Positions 12,995-30,570 are shown, counted from the stretch's first letter. The stretch: 64,000 nucleotides of DNA from Eledone cirrhosa (GCA_964016885.1 OZ024740.1:152210001-152274000), one strand, 5' to 3'. Notes: generated from the sequence alone by a model not told the origin. Numbers and translations: made by a program.

Positions 12995-15110
12995 TCCTTC
13001 CTCTTAAGGTACAGCTTTGCAATATTTGCCGAACTGCAGACCCACCAACTTTTCTTGGTAAATGTTTGCTTCTGTTACCATTTCATATATCCTGAGAGCG
13101 ATGCCGATCATATCAATGTGTTTGGTGTTCGACACCACTACTATGACATCGTCGACATATGCTGACATGGATCTCCCACATCCTAGTTTGCGGGGGACGC
13201 CCTTGAACGTTTCCAATTTGTGTAGTAATTGCTCGAGGATCAATACATACAAAAGGGATGAGGCAACGTTAGTGGACCGAGCGCATGATGTTGAACAATC
13301 GTTCACTCTAGACATAGAGCAGATAGATCCAGAGCCGGTTGCCTTCAGGACTGTGGCCATGGAAAGTCCATATCACGATCCGGCCCATTACCACTTCCGA
13401 ACTGAAAAGCAGCACACATCTGCTTGGGATCGAGTAACATGCGCCCATCATTGTCCGCCAAAGACCGGATTGTGGCTTTGTTTCCACGCCACGCCTCTGC
13501 CACTCGGGCCTACGAACGGATTTCGTCCCTATGTGTCTAAGAGCACGTGCCATAGCTCTGACAATGCATCCTTCGTGCTTTACCTTGAAGAATTGGTCGA
13601 CAACAAGTCTCACCGCTAGCACGTCAGTTGCGTTGCCTTTCCTAAAAGCCTCTTCTAGCTTTCAGTAACCAGGCTCCTGTCTACGAAGCCTATCTAAGTC
13701 GAGTGTACAGATAACAAATTTATGGTCTGTTTAGTCGAATACATTGAAATATGTACTGCCTATGCTAGCACTACAAAAATACATTGAGACATTCGGGAAA
13801 TCCAGTCAGTACTTCTCAGACAATTGAAAATGTCTGAGAAGGTTTGCGAGGCTTTTACATTCTTCTCCCATATCTGCTAGTCCCTCACAGTCTCAGTGTG
13901 CGTCTAATATACCGTTCCAGTTGCATACTAACACTAAAGAGCGGGACGCTCCTAGAAGGGTCTCAAGGCACCAGAAGAAATCAGGCCGTCCTGCCCCTGT
14001 CGGGGCAAAGACAACCAATAATCTGAAAGTATGCTATTCGCTGCTGGTCATGTCCAGCACCACCAACCTAGCATCTGGGCCCAGGAAGATGGTTTGTATG
14101 ATGAGATTCTGCCTCAGGGTCCTAGACGGCTTGGAAACGTGTACACCCCGTAGCCGCCGAAAATGGGTGCGAAGGCTCGTGCCTCGGGAATTCTGGTTCC
14201 GCTGATGGCTATCATATCTATGTTCAGTGAGCTGAAGTCGTTGAGCAAGTGGTTTTGCTTCCAAGATGACCCTGGGCCACGTGTATTTACACTGCCAATT
14301 CCGAGTGATGAAGAGAAGGAAAAAGTGAGAAGGTCTACTAGCTTCAATCGTGTGGCGGAAGGACGGTTGATCTGTCCCTCTGGCCTGTTGTGGGCAGCTC
14401 CACAATAATGTGGGTGCATATTCTTTTTGATATGGTTCCTCGGAAATCCCCAATTATCTGAGTGAAATTTTGTTTACGGTTTGTGTACGTTTTCTGCTCT
14501 ATAGTTATTATTTTTATGTGTATGGGTAGTGCGAATTTTTGTGGGGTAACGTACTTTTTTCCTCTTATGTTGGTGTTGAACTATATGTACTGAATTAGTT
14601 TTCTGTTGTTTTGTTTGCTGTTGTTGCGTGTGCTGGTTTGTTTGTGTTGGAGATGTTATTTGTGCCTGTGATGTCTGCTGTGGTCTTTATTCATGGTGCT
14701 GTTGATGGTGGAGGTGCTGATGGTGGTAGTAGTGAGTGTGAGTTAGCATTATTTGGCTTAACGCTTTAGTTGTTTTTTTTTTTCCTTTTGTTTCGCCCTC
14801 ATTTGTTTAGGACGAAGACGGGGAGTTTTTTCTTTTTTACATTTTGTTGTGGCTGACGGCTTGCCAATCTTTACCCTCGCCACAATCCATATCGAACTGT
14901 GTTTCGTGGGGTTGTTGTGTTGTTGATGGTGGTGGTGTTGGTTCTCTTGCTGCTTGTGGTGCTGTTGTTGTCTCAGATGCTTTTGTTTTTGTTGCAGCTA
15001 CCGGTCTTGTTGGCTTTTCATCTGCTGGTGTAATAGTGGTTGTTGGTTGGTTTTCTTGCTGTCGCTGCTGTTTTTATGCTGCTGCAGGTGTGACAAGATG
15101 TTGCTTCTAT
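12995..15110 (-). mobile_element. Degenerate, internally deleted Tx1/L1 LINE: ORF1 remnant, APE endonuclease start and RT fragments
   Basis: GSVNTRGPGSSWKQNHLLNDFSSLNIDMIAISGTRI is APE-like; LLYVLILEQLL..SAYVDDVIV is RT. Similar to the 9800-11925 copy. Confidence 0.8.
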
Positions 15111-15169
15111 TGAGGCGGTGGTGTTGGCAGCTGCTATGGCATTCTTACCTCCTATTCGCCACCTCCACC

Positions 15170-15560
15170 TGACCGTTCAGGGACAGCTTACTCGGCCCAT
15201 CTCTTATCCACCTGGAGGTCCTGTCCAAACCAAACCCCGAGCAACTTTACCGATCCATCCGTTTAGTATCGACGACGCTGTTTGGCGGCATGGACTTGCC
15301 TCTCCAGGAGCCGAGCTGCAACCCCACCATCTTCTTCGGGTTTAGTTTTGCTCCCGTCAACCTTTCATATTTTTCCAATAAGCTGCCGACAACCTGGACT
15401 TCCGAGGTGTTCGACACCATCACGGTGATGTTGTCCTCATATGACGACACAGCCATTCCACGTGCCGGTTTGAACGGATGCCCTGCAACAGCTCCAGCTT
15501 CCGCAGTAAAGGCTCCAGAGTCAATACGTACAGAAGGGGGGAGAGAGGGCACCCTTAACG
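15170..15560 (-). mobile_element. Tx1/L1 LINE RT fragment
   Basis: SSYEDNITVMVSNTSE...TGAKLNPKKMVGLQLGSWRGKSM is homologous to 10300-10450. Confidence 0.8.
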
Positions 15561-15834
15561 GACCGATTGGGATATATGAAACAGTTTCGAAAGATGGTAT
15601 ACACACACATACAAACACACAAACATACCCCCCCCCCCTAACCACCACCACCGAACACATATATATGGGTCTGTGTATACTAGTCTTTCCAACGTCAACA
15701 TTGTAACCCTACCAACCACCAAGGTCATTTTTTTATGTTGTCATTCATCTTGTCCTAACATGGTTGATTTAATTAATTCATTAAATGAGAGAAGGGTTAG
15801 TTGGTTCTTTTTCCAATCATGGCTACTTTTTACA

Positions 15835-15902
<68 letters not shown>

Positions 15903-15952
15903 TATCCATCTCTCCGTTTCTCTCTCTCTCACTCTCTCTCCCTCTCTATCTG

Positions 15953-16000
<48 letters not shown>

Positions 16001-16501
16001 TTCTTAACCACTTTTTGAGTTTGTATGGCGTTTTAACTTATTGTTTTGTTTAGCTCTAGTTTTTTAACTATTGAGTGCTTGCCAGCATTTCTACGATTTT
16101 GCGTTTCGTTTCGCTTTTTCTACCAGCCGAAATACGATTCTCGCTGAATTATATATATATATATATGTAACAACACAATCGGTACAGTATATGGAAGGGG
16201 TATATTAGGTTAACGCTTGATATAGCAGGAAGAGGGTCTTAACGTTTTGGACGCTAGTCCTTCATCAGAAGAAAGAATGAGAAAAAAGATAGATTGATGA
16301 GACGGGCGGGTTGGAATTGGAAAAAAATGTATTTAGATAAAAATAACTGGTCCATTCATGTTGACATCTCGTGCAAAACTCTTGGTGCTGGCGTTTTGTG
16401 AATGATTTATTTTTTAGAAAAGTGGATGATGGAGTGCGTCTACCTGAAATGGAAAAAAAATACGTTTTGTAAAAAGAGGTATACTTGTGCACGTGCGTAA
16501 G

Positions 16502-16584
<83 letters not shown>

Positions 16585-16908
16585 ATACGTCCGTACGAAG
16601 CTAAGAAGAAATGTGTGTGTATGTGAGTAAAAGAGTGTGTGTGCATGTAAGTACGAAGCTATGAGTAAAAGTATGTTAATATAAGGGTGTGTATGTGTGA
16701 AGAGCAGTGAAGGGAAAAGTGTAGTGAGCTTATATAGTCGGCATGTATTAGTTGTAAGAGAAGATGTTAATGATCAAGAGAAAGCGAACCATTATCGGCG
16801 GAGATATTTCACCTTCTGAAACAAGTATATATATATATATATACATATATACATACGTGTGTGTCTGTGACTGTGTGTATATTTATATATATATATATAT
16901 GTATACTT

Positions 16909-16968
<60 letters not shown>

Positions 16969-17353
16969 GTGTGTATGTGTATGAATTTTATGCATGTGAG
17001 TATGTGAACGTTTGTGTGCGTACATGTCTTACAATGACTACTGGATGCAAGCATATATTAACTCAATTTCTTTGTATTTTCTTTTGTCACTACTTATATT
17101 TTCTGTTACTGCTCTGTCCAATTGTTCACGACTCGAACTACACCTTCCTCACACACATACAAACAATTACATACGTACACACGTACACAAGGATATACAT
17201 ACTCCCCCCCCCCTACACACACACACACACACAAGTACACAGTTATATATATGCGTGCATATATATACACACATATATGTGAAATGCCATAACATAAAAG
17301 CAACAACAACAACCCTAATAATAATAATATGCGCACAAAAAAGGCTATCGGCA

Positions 17354-17360
17354 TATAAAA
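17354..17360 (+). promoter_or_regulatory. TATA box of the LBP/BPI gene
   Basis: TATAAAAG begins 87 nt upstream of the ATG at 17441, in unique non-microsatellite sequence. Confidence 0.6.
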
Positions 17361-17440
17361 GGAAGAGGTTATTTTATTCTAATAAACAGACTTCACATAA
17401 CAGCTTGACTTCAATCAGCAGAAACCCGATTTATACAAAA

Positions 17441-17555
17441 ATGCTATCCGACGCCTTCCTTTCATTGATAATTGTCGGAGTTTTTCTAACGAAAGCCGGC
17501 TCAGCAGGGAACCCTGCCGTAGTTTCACGTATAACGCAAAAAGGTCTTGATTATG
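17441..17555 (+). CDS. LBP/BPI-family protein, exon 1 (signal peptide and N-terminus)
   Basis: MLSDAFLSLIIVGVFLTKAGSAGNPAVVSRITQKGLDY, compared with BPI NPGVVVRISQKGLDY. Donor G|GTAAG, phase 1, 115 nt. Confidence 0.93.
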
Positions 17556-19600
17556 GTAAGGAAGAACACTTTTCATAATTTGATTCAATTTTTATAGTGT
17601 TGTTGTTTGTCCTCTGTTGTTTCCGACGACGAGTGTTTCATTTGATTCAATCACCAAAAGTGCCTGCCGTGAAATTAACGTGCAAGTGGCTGAACATTCC
17701 ACAGACAAGCGCACCCTTACCGTAGTTCTCAGGGAGATTCCCTGTGATACAATGCGTGACAAATATAGCTCCAAGAATTACAAATACAACTCAATTTTGC
17801 CAGCTGATCGGACTGGCGCAACTTGAAATATAGTGTCTTGCTCAAGGATATCACATGATGCCCAGTTCGAGACTCAAACTCATGACATTATTATCTTACT
17901 ATCTTGTACCAAGCACCCTACTTACTAAGCCACCGCTGTGTTTATTGCCATCATTCTGCCGTTTATTTTGCTGTTGTTTTTTTTTTGTCCTTTTTTTATC
18001 TATATATATATTTTTTTATTAATCAATTTATTCTTTTTTAGTTGTTTGGGTGTTGTTATTGCTTACGTTCTAGAATTTTTCTTTGCCGCAGTTCTATCAT
18101 TTATTGAGTAAACCCATGATTAATAATAAGCTTCTAGCTATCATAATCCCATCTTTTGATATTTTTTTATTTCCCCAGACTTAGTTAAAGATGATATGTT
18201 GGCAATATGCCCTTTTGTTTGTTTGTTTGTTTGTTTGTTTTAAATAATGATGTTTACACAATGATTCATCGTGAATTTTTCTATAAAAACATTCTACGTA
18301 AGTTATTTTCAAAGTATGAAATAAAAATGAAAAATAAATTAGAAAATGTAGAAATCTCAAACTTAAGAAATAACTGTAAACATTGTCGATTACTATAAAT
18401 AGTAGCTTAGCAAATACTCCCATAAACGGTAAAAATTGGACAGCAGCCGCTACGAAAAGTCGAACACCGTACATCTCAAATTCTGATTGAGCGCTCTAAA
18501 CCATTGACCTACGATCGGAATTTGAAAGGTATGGAATTCGCGTCTTCATATCCATTGCTGGTCACTTTTTTTTTCATCTATAGGGGTATTTTACCCGATT
18601 TTCTAAACTATTATTTATAGAAATCAACTGTGTTTCCAGTTATTTTCTGAATTTAGGATTACGACATTTTCTAGGAATTTCGATCCTACACAAAGCTCCG
18701 ATATTTTAAAAATAAATTAATGTCAGAAAAGTTATTAAATATTTAAAGGTATATCTGTATAAACAAAATAACATTTTTGCAGAGTTCAAATCCCGCCGAG
18801 GTTAACTTTGCCTTTCATCCTTACGGAGTCGATAAAATAAAGTATCAGTAATACACTGGGATAATTGCTGGACTTGTGCCAAAAGTAGAAACAATTATTA
18901 GAATTCATCTGAACCCCAATAAAATTTCTCTATTTCTCTATTTTATTTTTGAAATTTATTTTACTTTACATAAAATTTATTTTAAAACTATGTTTATGAT
19001 TTCATTAGTGTAATATGTGGTGTACTGTTTATTAAATTTATGTATCAGCTATGTGGCCTCATTTATGATGATAAATGAGCGCAAAAGGTTCAACGCTAGA
19101 AATAAATGTTTTCCACACGTGGCCCATGATTGTACTTTTCCTCTCTGTATCTTTTCATTTTAAAGGCGGTAGTGTGCCATTTGAGTGAAATGTGCTTACT
19201 ATCTGTAGAATATTCAGCGACCGCATGGTGACGCTCATATTGGTGAGTTTGTTACTATGTGGATATATGTATACATACAAATATATATGAATACATCATT
19301 ACACACACACACACATACATACATACATACATACATACATACATACATACATACATACATACATACATACATACATACATAAAGGAGTGAAGAATAACAT
19401 GGATAGGCTATACAGTAGGGTTTATTCCAAGTATTAACAAATGTTTCATTGGTCCAGTGTGTCTAAAAACCGCTGCATGCAGTGTGTCGATTTTAAGTAT
19501 AGTTTACACCAAGCAAATTCTCAAAATACTATTTCGGTTTAGTTGCTACAACGCATTTATATTTACAGTAACATGGTTGCCTTAAACGATACCTCGTTAA

Positions 19601-20627
<1,027 letters not shown>

Positions 20628-20669
20628 AATGAATGTGTAAATAATTGAAAAAAATTAAATACAACTTCT

Positions 20670-20755
<86 letters not shown>

Positions 20756-20912
20756 AGAAGTTGTATTTAATTTTTTTCAATTATTTACACATTCATTTGC
20801 ATATTCACACATAAGTTTGAATAATCCCTAATATGTTTCCACTATCCAGTGAATTTCCAACCGATAAGGTATGACTTTCATGGGTACGTCTCTATTTATA
20901 AAACAAACTTTG

Positions 20913-20977
20913 TATTTTATCTGATGAAAGCACACCAATGGTGTCTTGGTTGCCCTTGAAATATATATAATAAAATA
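20913..20977 (+). ncRNA. Type I hammerhead ribozyme (sense strand, intron 1)
   Basis: tattttat-CTGATGA-aagcacaccaa...ttggttgccctt-GAAA-tatata-TA-ataaaata. Confidence 0.78.
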
Positions 20978-21020
20978 AATATGGTTTTATAAATATAGTT
21001 TCCATTTATTTAATATCATG

Positions 21021-21074
<54 letters not shown>

Positions 21075-21075
21075 T

Positions 21076-23503
<2,428 letters not shown>

Positions 23504-23601
23504 GAATTAGTTTCATGGTTTAATAATATACCTGAAAAAAAAAAAATTCTGCATATCTATGCGATTGGCATCTTCCAGCAAGCTCGACCTGATGATGATG
23601 A

Positions 23602-23677
<76 letters not shown>

Positions 23678-23992
23678 GACACGGGTATACAATACCTAAC
23701 TCCTATTAACCTAAGTATATATATATATATATATTACATACACACACACACATACACACATATATATATATCGACAGTGGAGTGAGGTGGAACTCGTCAA
23801 ATCGGACAGAGGAAACATGTTTCTGTTGGTCTTTCCAATTGCTAATACTATCTGTCGGTCGCAAGTCCAGGCAGACGGAACAACGTGAAATAAAGTGTCT
23901 TGCTCAAGGACATAACGCATCACCCAATCCGGGAATCGAAATTACAACCTCACGATTGCGAATATAATTCTCTAACCACTCAGCCACGCGTC

Positions 23993-24095
<103 letters not shown>

Positions 24096-24600
24096 ACACA
24101 TACATATATGTGTGTATATGCAGATATCCTCAGTTAAACGGGCAAGTAAATCAATGCTCAATGTATTGCAAGAGAACTCATTTAGTATAATTAAAATTTC
24201 AGACACTTTACCTGTATATGCGACTTTAGGTTTCGGGACCTCAATATTTTACTGGTATTTTATTTTATCGACCTTGGAAGGATGAAAGGCAAAATTGACC
24301 TAGGCTAGATGGGAAACTAGAACGTTGAGGGTCATAAGGAAATATTGCAATAGATTTCTTCAGATGCATTATAATAACTCCTTCTCCAATATAGTAAGCA
24401 AACATAATCTTAATAATCAAATTAATCAACGAGAAAACTACTACGAAGTCGCTGGTTTCCCTAGAAATATCAGCCAAGTTTCACTGAAACCACTCACTAC
24501 TGTCTTGAAGATGGGTGGACACACACACACACACACACTTATATACAGTATACGTATATATATATCTTTGTGTATTTATATATATATATATTTGTGTGTT

Positions 24601-24653
<53 letters not shown>

Positions 24654-24656
<3 letters not shown>

Positions 24657-26445
24657 GATAAATCTACCAAAATGTACGGTAGTGTCCAATCCGTATGAAG
24701 AACTCAATGTAATCCGAATATCATGAAAAGAGAAGATGTATTCAAACATTTTTTTCCGATGAAAAATACAGGAAAACAGAGTCAAGATAAATTAATAAAA
24801 ATAATGAATAAAAACAAAGAAACAGTTCCTTATATTAAAAAAATCATCATTTTACGATCGTTTCTAGGATATATATGTTTGTGTTGGTATGTATATCATA
24901 TAGATCTATGTAAAATGTTTACAAACTATCAGAGGGAATATACATACCTACACATATATATGCTATCTTCAGAAATAATGATATTTGTTTATTGAAAAAA
25001 ACCAACAAAGATTTAATATAATAGGTCTGTTTGGGAACAGGTTTTGAATTGACCAATAGAAAGGTAGTAAATGGTCAAGATGGTAAAATAGTAGTAATAG
25101 AACTTAAATTTAGGGGTAGATGAAGGCAGATTTCAGTTTTGAATGGAAAGAGTATGATGAATGAAAAGATTATTTTAGGGATGAAAATAGGTCGTCGGTA
25201 AAAGGTACACGAAAAATTGATGTTATAAAAGAATAATGCCAATGTAAATATCTAAGGAAAAATATCAATCTTATTTAAAATATAGGGAATTTACATCTAT
25301 AAAAAGAAAATAAATTAATTAAATTGATAGGTATATTTATATTGATAAATTTATATTAATTCATAGAGATATGATAAATAAGAGTTAGATGTAATTGAAG
25401 AGAGCTGTTAAAAACGAAGGGAAAATAAAATAATAATAATTATTATTATTGGGGGGAGGGGGGTTAAATTTATTAGTGAGAAATAACAAATTTATATAGA
25501 TTATAAGGAACATAAAATCATAACCTGAAATTAAAATAGTTTATATGTATACTTAATGGTATACATTTTAGGAAAAGATAGCTGTAAAAGGGAAATAAAA
25601 TTATGCAGTTCATTAGTAGTAGAATATTAATTATAGGTTAACTAATTTAAAAAAATGTTATTATAATAATTTGTAAAGTTTATATTAATTAGGTTTATAA
25701 TATTTAAAAGTTCTTCTCAGTTTATGATTACATGATATAATTAATTCCTGTCGTTTATTTAATAGGATATCCTTAGATTTCATTATTTCAAAAAGTTCCT
25801 GGGAACATAATCTACATTCATATCTATTATTTTGATAAGGGGTGGCCCTTTTGAGCACACTCCAGGTCAGGTCATAATCTATATTCCTCTTTCTATAATT
25901 ATTAATTATTTCAGCTAAAGATGTTATATTAGCTAATGCGGCATTTTAAAAACTGTGTTTGTGGGTATTAAATCTTACTTTAAATTGGTTAGAAGTAGCT
26001 CCTATATATGAATAAATTGAGTCCTTAGTGTTAACTTTACATTTATATACTATGTTATTAATAAGGCAATTTCCTTTTAATGGGAAATTTGCTTTGTTTC
26101 TACAGTTACAACTTTTCGTGAATGCTGTATCAGAGGAGATAGTCAAATTAGGTGTGGAATTTTCACGACTTGTTGTATGTCAATGAGATGGTGGTTTGCT
26201 GTGGTTTATTTTAGTATTATGGTTAGTTTGGTGTATTGGTGGTATATTCATGGTTTTTTTACATTTATATGCATTATAGGCACTTATATTTTGTTGTATG
26301 TTTTTGGTTGTTGAGTAGGAGAATTTAACCGTTGATCTATTTAAAATTTGATGGTATTTGTGGTTTAGCGGGAAGTTTTTCTCTAGGATAGTAAACATTT
26401 TTTTAGGTATATTATCTTTAATTTGTAGATTAAATGGAGCATTAT
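24654..26445 (-). mobile_element. Penelope-like element, inverted arm (GIY-YIG, 3' UTR, hammerhead)
   Basis: Near-perfect reverse complement of 27105-28802, plus ~130 bp of extra 3' sequence. Confidence 0.92.
24843..24982 (-). ncRNA. Type I hammerhead with very long stem II
   Basis: Minus strand reads atcattattt-CTGAAGA-tag(~100 nt hairpin)cta-GAAA-cgatcg-TA-aaatgatgat. Confidence 0.82.
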
Positions 26446-26469
26446 TTGTTTTTGTGGCCACTATTATAG

Positions 26470-28797
26470 TCTAGATATTACATTTGAAAACACAAGTAAA
26501 GTAGTTAATTTCCTTGATATAACATTAGACTTATCTACGGGTATCTACCAACCTTACCATAAACCTAACCAAAACTTACATTACATACACTCACAATCTA
26601 ATCACCCTAAATCTATCCTTAAAAACCTAGCATATTATATCTCACTCAGAATTTCTAACCTTTCGTCTAACCAGGATGTATTTGATAAAAATGCGTCCTT
26701 TTATAACGAAGCTTTAGCTAGAAGTGGCCACAAAAACAAATTAGTATATATACCTTGTACCAATAACACTACAAACATACAACCCAATATTACCAACAAA
26801 CACCAAATTAAATATACACACCTAAATACCACTAACACTATACCCAAAAATACCAACATAAAACTTAATTTCTCTAACTCTTCTAATATACAATATAGTA
26901 ACTTTCAAAAAACTATTCATCCTAATACTCCAATATATGTTAATAATAAAATTCCTAATAAACAGGCTAAAACACCTAAATCAATGAATCTAACTAAAAA
27001 TATGTGTAATAAAATCATTAACAATAATTCTCTTAATAAAAATCAGGATACATCCTATAAAAATAATAAGCAACATCGAAACCGTAATAGACGAGTTACT
27101 TGGTATAATGCTCCATTTAATCTACAAATTAAAGATAATATACCTAAAATATTGTTTACTATCCTAGAGAAAAACTTCCCGCCAAACCACAAATACCATC
27201 AAATTTTAAATAGATCAACGGTTAAATTCTCCTACTCAACAACCAAAAACATACAACAAAATATAAGTGCCTATAATGCATATAAATGTAAAAAAACCAT
27301 GAATATACCACCAATACACCAAACTAACCATAATACTAAAATAAACCACAGCAAACCACCATCTCATTGACATACAACAAGTCGTGAAAATTCCACACCT
27401 AATTTGACTATCTCCTCTGATACAGCATTCACGAAAGGTTGTAACTGTAGAAACAAAGCAAATTTCCCATTAAAAGGAAATTGCCTTATTAATAACATAG
27501 TATATAAATGTAAAGTTAACACTAAGGACTCAATTTATTCATATATAGGAGCTACTTCTAACCAATTTAAAGTAAGATTTAATACCCACAAACCCACAAA
27601 CACAGTTTTTAAAATGCCGCATTAGCTAATATAACATCTTTAGCTGAAATAATTAATAATTATAGAAAGAGGAATATAGATTATTACCTGACCTGGAGTG
27701 TGCTCAAAAGGGCCACCCTTATCAAAATAATAGATATGAATGTAAATTATGTTCCCAGGAACTTTTTGAAATAATGAAATCTAAGGATATCCTATTAAAT
27801 AAACGACATGAATTAATTATATCATGTAATCATAAACTGAGAAGAACTTTTAAATATTATAAACCTAATTAATATACACTTTAGAAATTATTATAATAAC
27901 ATTTTTTTAAATTAGTTAACCTATAATTAATATTCTACTACTAATGAACTGCATAATTTTATTTCCCTTTTACAGCTATCTTTTCCTAAAATTTATATCA
28001 TTAAGTATACATATAAACTATTTTAATTTCAGGTTATGATTCTATGTTCCTTATAATCTATATAAATTTGTTATTTCTCACTAATAAATTTAACCCCCCT
28101 CCCCCCAATAATAATAATAATTATTTTTTTATTTTCCCTTCGTTTTTAACAGCACTCTTCAATTACATCTAACTCTTATTTATCATATCTCTATGAATTA
28201 ATATAAATTTATCAATATAAATATACCTATCAATTTAATTAATTTATTTTCTTTTTATAGATGTAAATTCCCTATATTTTAAATAAGATTGATATTTTTC
28301 ACTAACACATTTATCGTAAAATTTTATTCTCCTTAGATATTTACATTGGCATTATTCTTTTATAACATCAATTTTTCGTGTACCTTTTACCGACTTGACC
28401 TATTTTCATCCCTAAAATAATCTTTTCATTCATCATACTCTTTCCATTCAAAACTGAAATCTGCCTTCCTCTACCCCTAAATTTAATTTCTATTACTACT
28501 ATTTTACCATCTTGACCATTTACTACCTTTCTATTGGTCAATTCAAAACCTGTTCCCAAACAGACCTATTATATTAAATCTTTGTTGGTTTTTTTCCATA
28601 AACAAATATCATTATTTCTGAAGACAGCATATATATGTGTAGGTATGTATATTCCCTCTGATAGTTTGTAAACATTTTACATAGATCTATATGATATACA
28701 TACCAACACAAACATATATATCCTAGAAACGATCGTAAAATGATGAATTTTTTAATATAAGGAACTGTTTCTTTGTTTTTATTCATTATTTTTATTA

Positions 28798-28802
<5 letters not shown>
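26470..28802 (+). mobile_element. Penelope-like element, 5'-truncated: RT C-terminus, GIY-YIG and 3' UTR
   Basis: VNFLDITLDL..YQPYHKPN..YIHSQSNHP, RRVTWYNAPF and CNCRNK..CLINNIVYKC..YIGAT motifs. In-frame TGA at 27368 and an 8-bp duplication frameshift at ~27590. Confidence 0.93.
28609..28746 (+). ncRNA. Type I hammerhead with long stem II (sense strand, intron 1)
   Basis: tcattattt-CTGAAGA-...-GAAA-cgatcg-TA-aaatgatga. Predicted cleavage after 28737. Confidence 0.78.
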
Positions 28803-28847
<45 letters not shown>

Positions 28848-29223
28848 AAATTTCGCTCAACATGGCTGAATACAACAAATGTAATTTGAGTGATATGCAA
28901 ATCAGGCTGAGCAGTCACTGGGATAACTCGGATATAAAACCTGCGGCTCAGTAGTTACCGATGATGTTGATCTTTTCTTCTTTTCGGGTTATAGCTACTG
29001 TCGCTCAGAGAGTGGCATTGGCTCAGTGCACAGTCTTTCGTCCCTTTAAAAAATATCTTCACGCACAGGCATTGCACGATAGAATTAATTAATTATTATT
29101 AATAATGGTATATCGTGCAATGGCCATACTCGATAACGAGGGGGCAGCCATCATGTATGTATGTATGTATGTATGTATGCACATATGTATGTATATTCTG
29201 ATTTCCATCTTTCTTTTTGACAG

Positions 29224-29323
29224 CTTCCACTATCGGATTCACACAGCTTCATCAACAATTCAAGTCAATACGACACATTCCAAATATTGTACACACTGGC
29301 GACACATATTACAGCTTGACAAA
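29224..29323 (+). CDS. LBP/BPI-family protein, exon 2
   Basis: ttctttttgacag| ... |gtaag, phase 1 to 2. Encodes ASTIGFTQLHQQFKSIRHIPNIVHTGDTYYSLT. Confidence 0.88.
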
Positions 29324-29789
29324 GTAAGCTTTCTTTCATTTATTGTAACTTCATTTCATGTATTGTAACTTTATGTTGCTCATATTTCTTGTGGTTGGGT
29401 ACTCAAGGAGGAAAAACAAAATAGTTCACAACGGAATTTGAAAGTGGATAACATTCGATTCGGCGCTCTGCGAACGTTCCAATTAACCACCTGTCCATAT
29501 ACTATATTTAATAGAATATATATATAAAAGTGAATATCAATTTTTCAATTTACAGGAAATTCGTATTTTCTGGCATGTTTACATGCCTACATATTAGATA
29601 TGTGTATATTTATATACACAATGTTGCAGTCGTCTCAGTTACCCACAAATCCTGCCGAGATCAAATGTGCCTTTTATCTATCCAACCGTATGTGCTAAAA
29701 AATAATATACCAGTCAAGATTGGACCTGATGTAAATTGACTTTGCCCTCCCCACCAAATTACTGGCTTTATAACTTATATTATTAAGAG

Positions 29790-30400
29790 TTTGGGGGATT
29801 TAGAGCGCCAGAAAAGAATGTTTACCCTATTTGATCCGACTTTTTGTGTTCTGAATTCAAATATCGTCGAGGTCAATCTTTCTGTGCTGGGTTCAGTAAA
29901 ATAAAATACCAATCAGGTACCGGAGTCGACGTAAATCGATTCTTCCTCAAAGGTCCTGTCCTTGTGCCTGAATTAGTAACCATTATTATTAATGGCAGTG
30001 GATTGGCAGAATCGGTAGAGCATCGGACACACTGCTTCGCAGCATAGAGTTACGGCCCTTTTCGTTCTGAGTTCAGCCCCCCCCCCCCCCCCCCCGAGGT
30101 TAGCTTTGCCTTTCATCTTTACGGGGTCGATAAAATAAAGTACCAGTAATGCACTGGGATAATTGCTGGCTTTGTGCCAAAAGTAGAAACAATTATTAAT
30201 GACAGAATTGTATTGAAGATATGTATTGCAGTATTTCGTTATGACCCTCAGTGTTCTAGTTTCCCATCTCGCCTAGGTCAATTTTACTTTTCATCCTTTC
30301 AAGGACGACAAAATAAAATACCAGTAAAATATTGAGGTCCGTATAATTGACTGCCTCCTTCATTCAAATATTATTAGTTTTGTGCTTAAATTAGAAATAA
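29790..30400 (+). mobile_element. Cluster of three SINE copies in intron 2
   Basis: Repeated SINE head and core motifs; the best copy is at 29993-30198. Confidence 0.75.
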
Positions 30401-30438
30401 AATAAAATTTCGTTTCTTTTTATTCTTTTATTTTTCAG

Positions 30439-30570
30439 TCTATATGTAGATGATTTAGCAAGACCCCAGGGTAGTATTGCTTTTGTACCAGGACATGGTC
30501 TGAAGTGGTCTATGACAATACCGAATGCACAAATCACTGGTAACTGGCGCTACTCAAAGAAATTGTGGTT
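30439..30570 (+). CDS. LBP/BPI-family protein, exon 3
   Basis: tttttcag| ... |gtaagt, phase 2 to 2. Encodes NLYVDDLARPQGSIAFVPGHGLKWSMTIPNAQITGNWRYSKKLW. Confidence 0.92.

Noticed and set aside
17012-17440. N-terminal extension of the ORF containing exon 1
   Set aside because: It runs through microsatellite and the TATA box. The ATG at 17441 begins a proper signal peptide.
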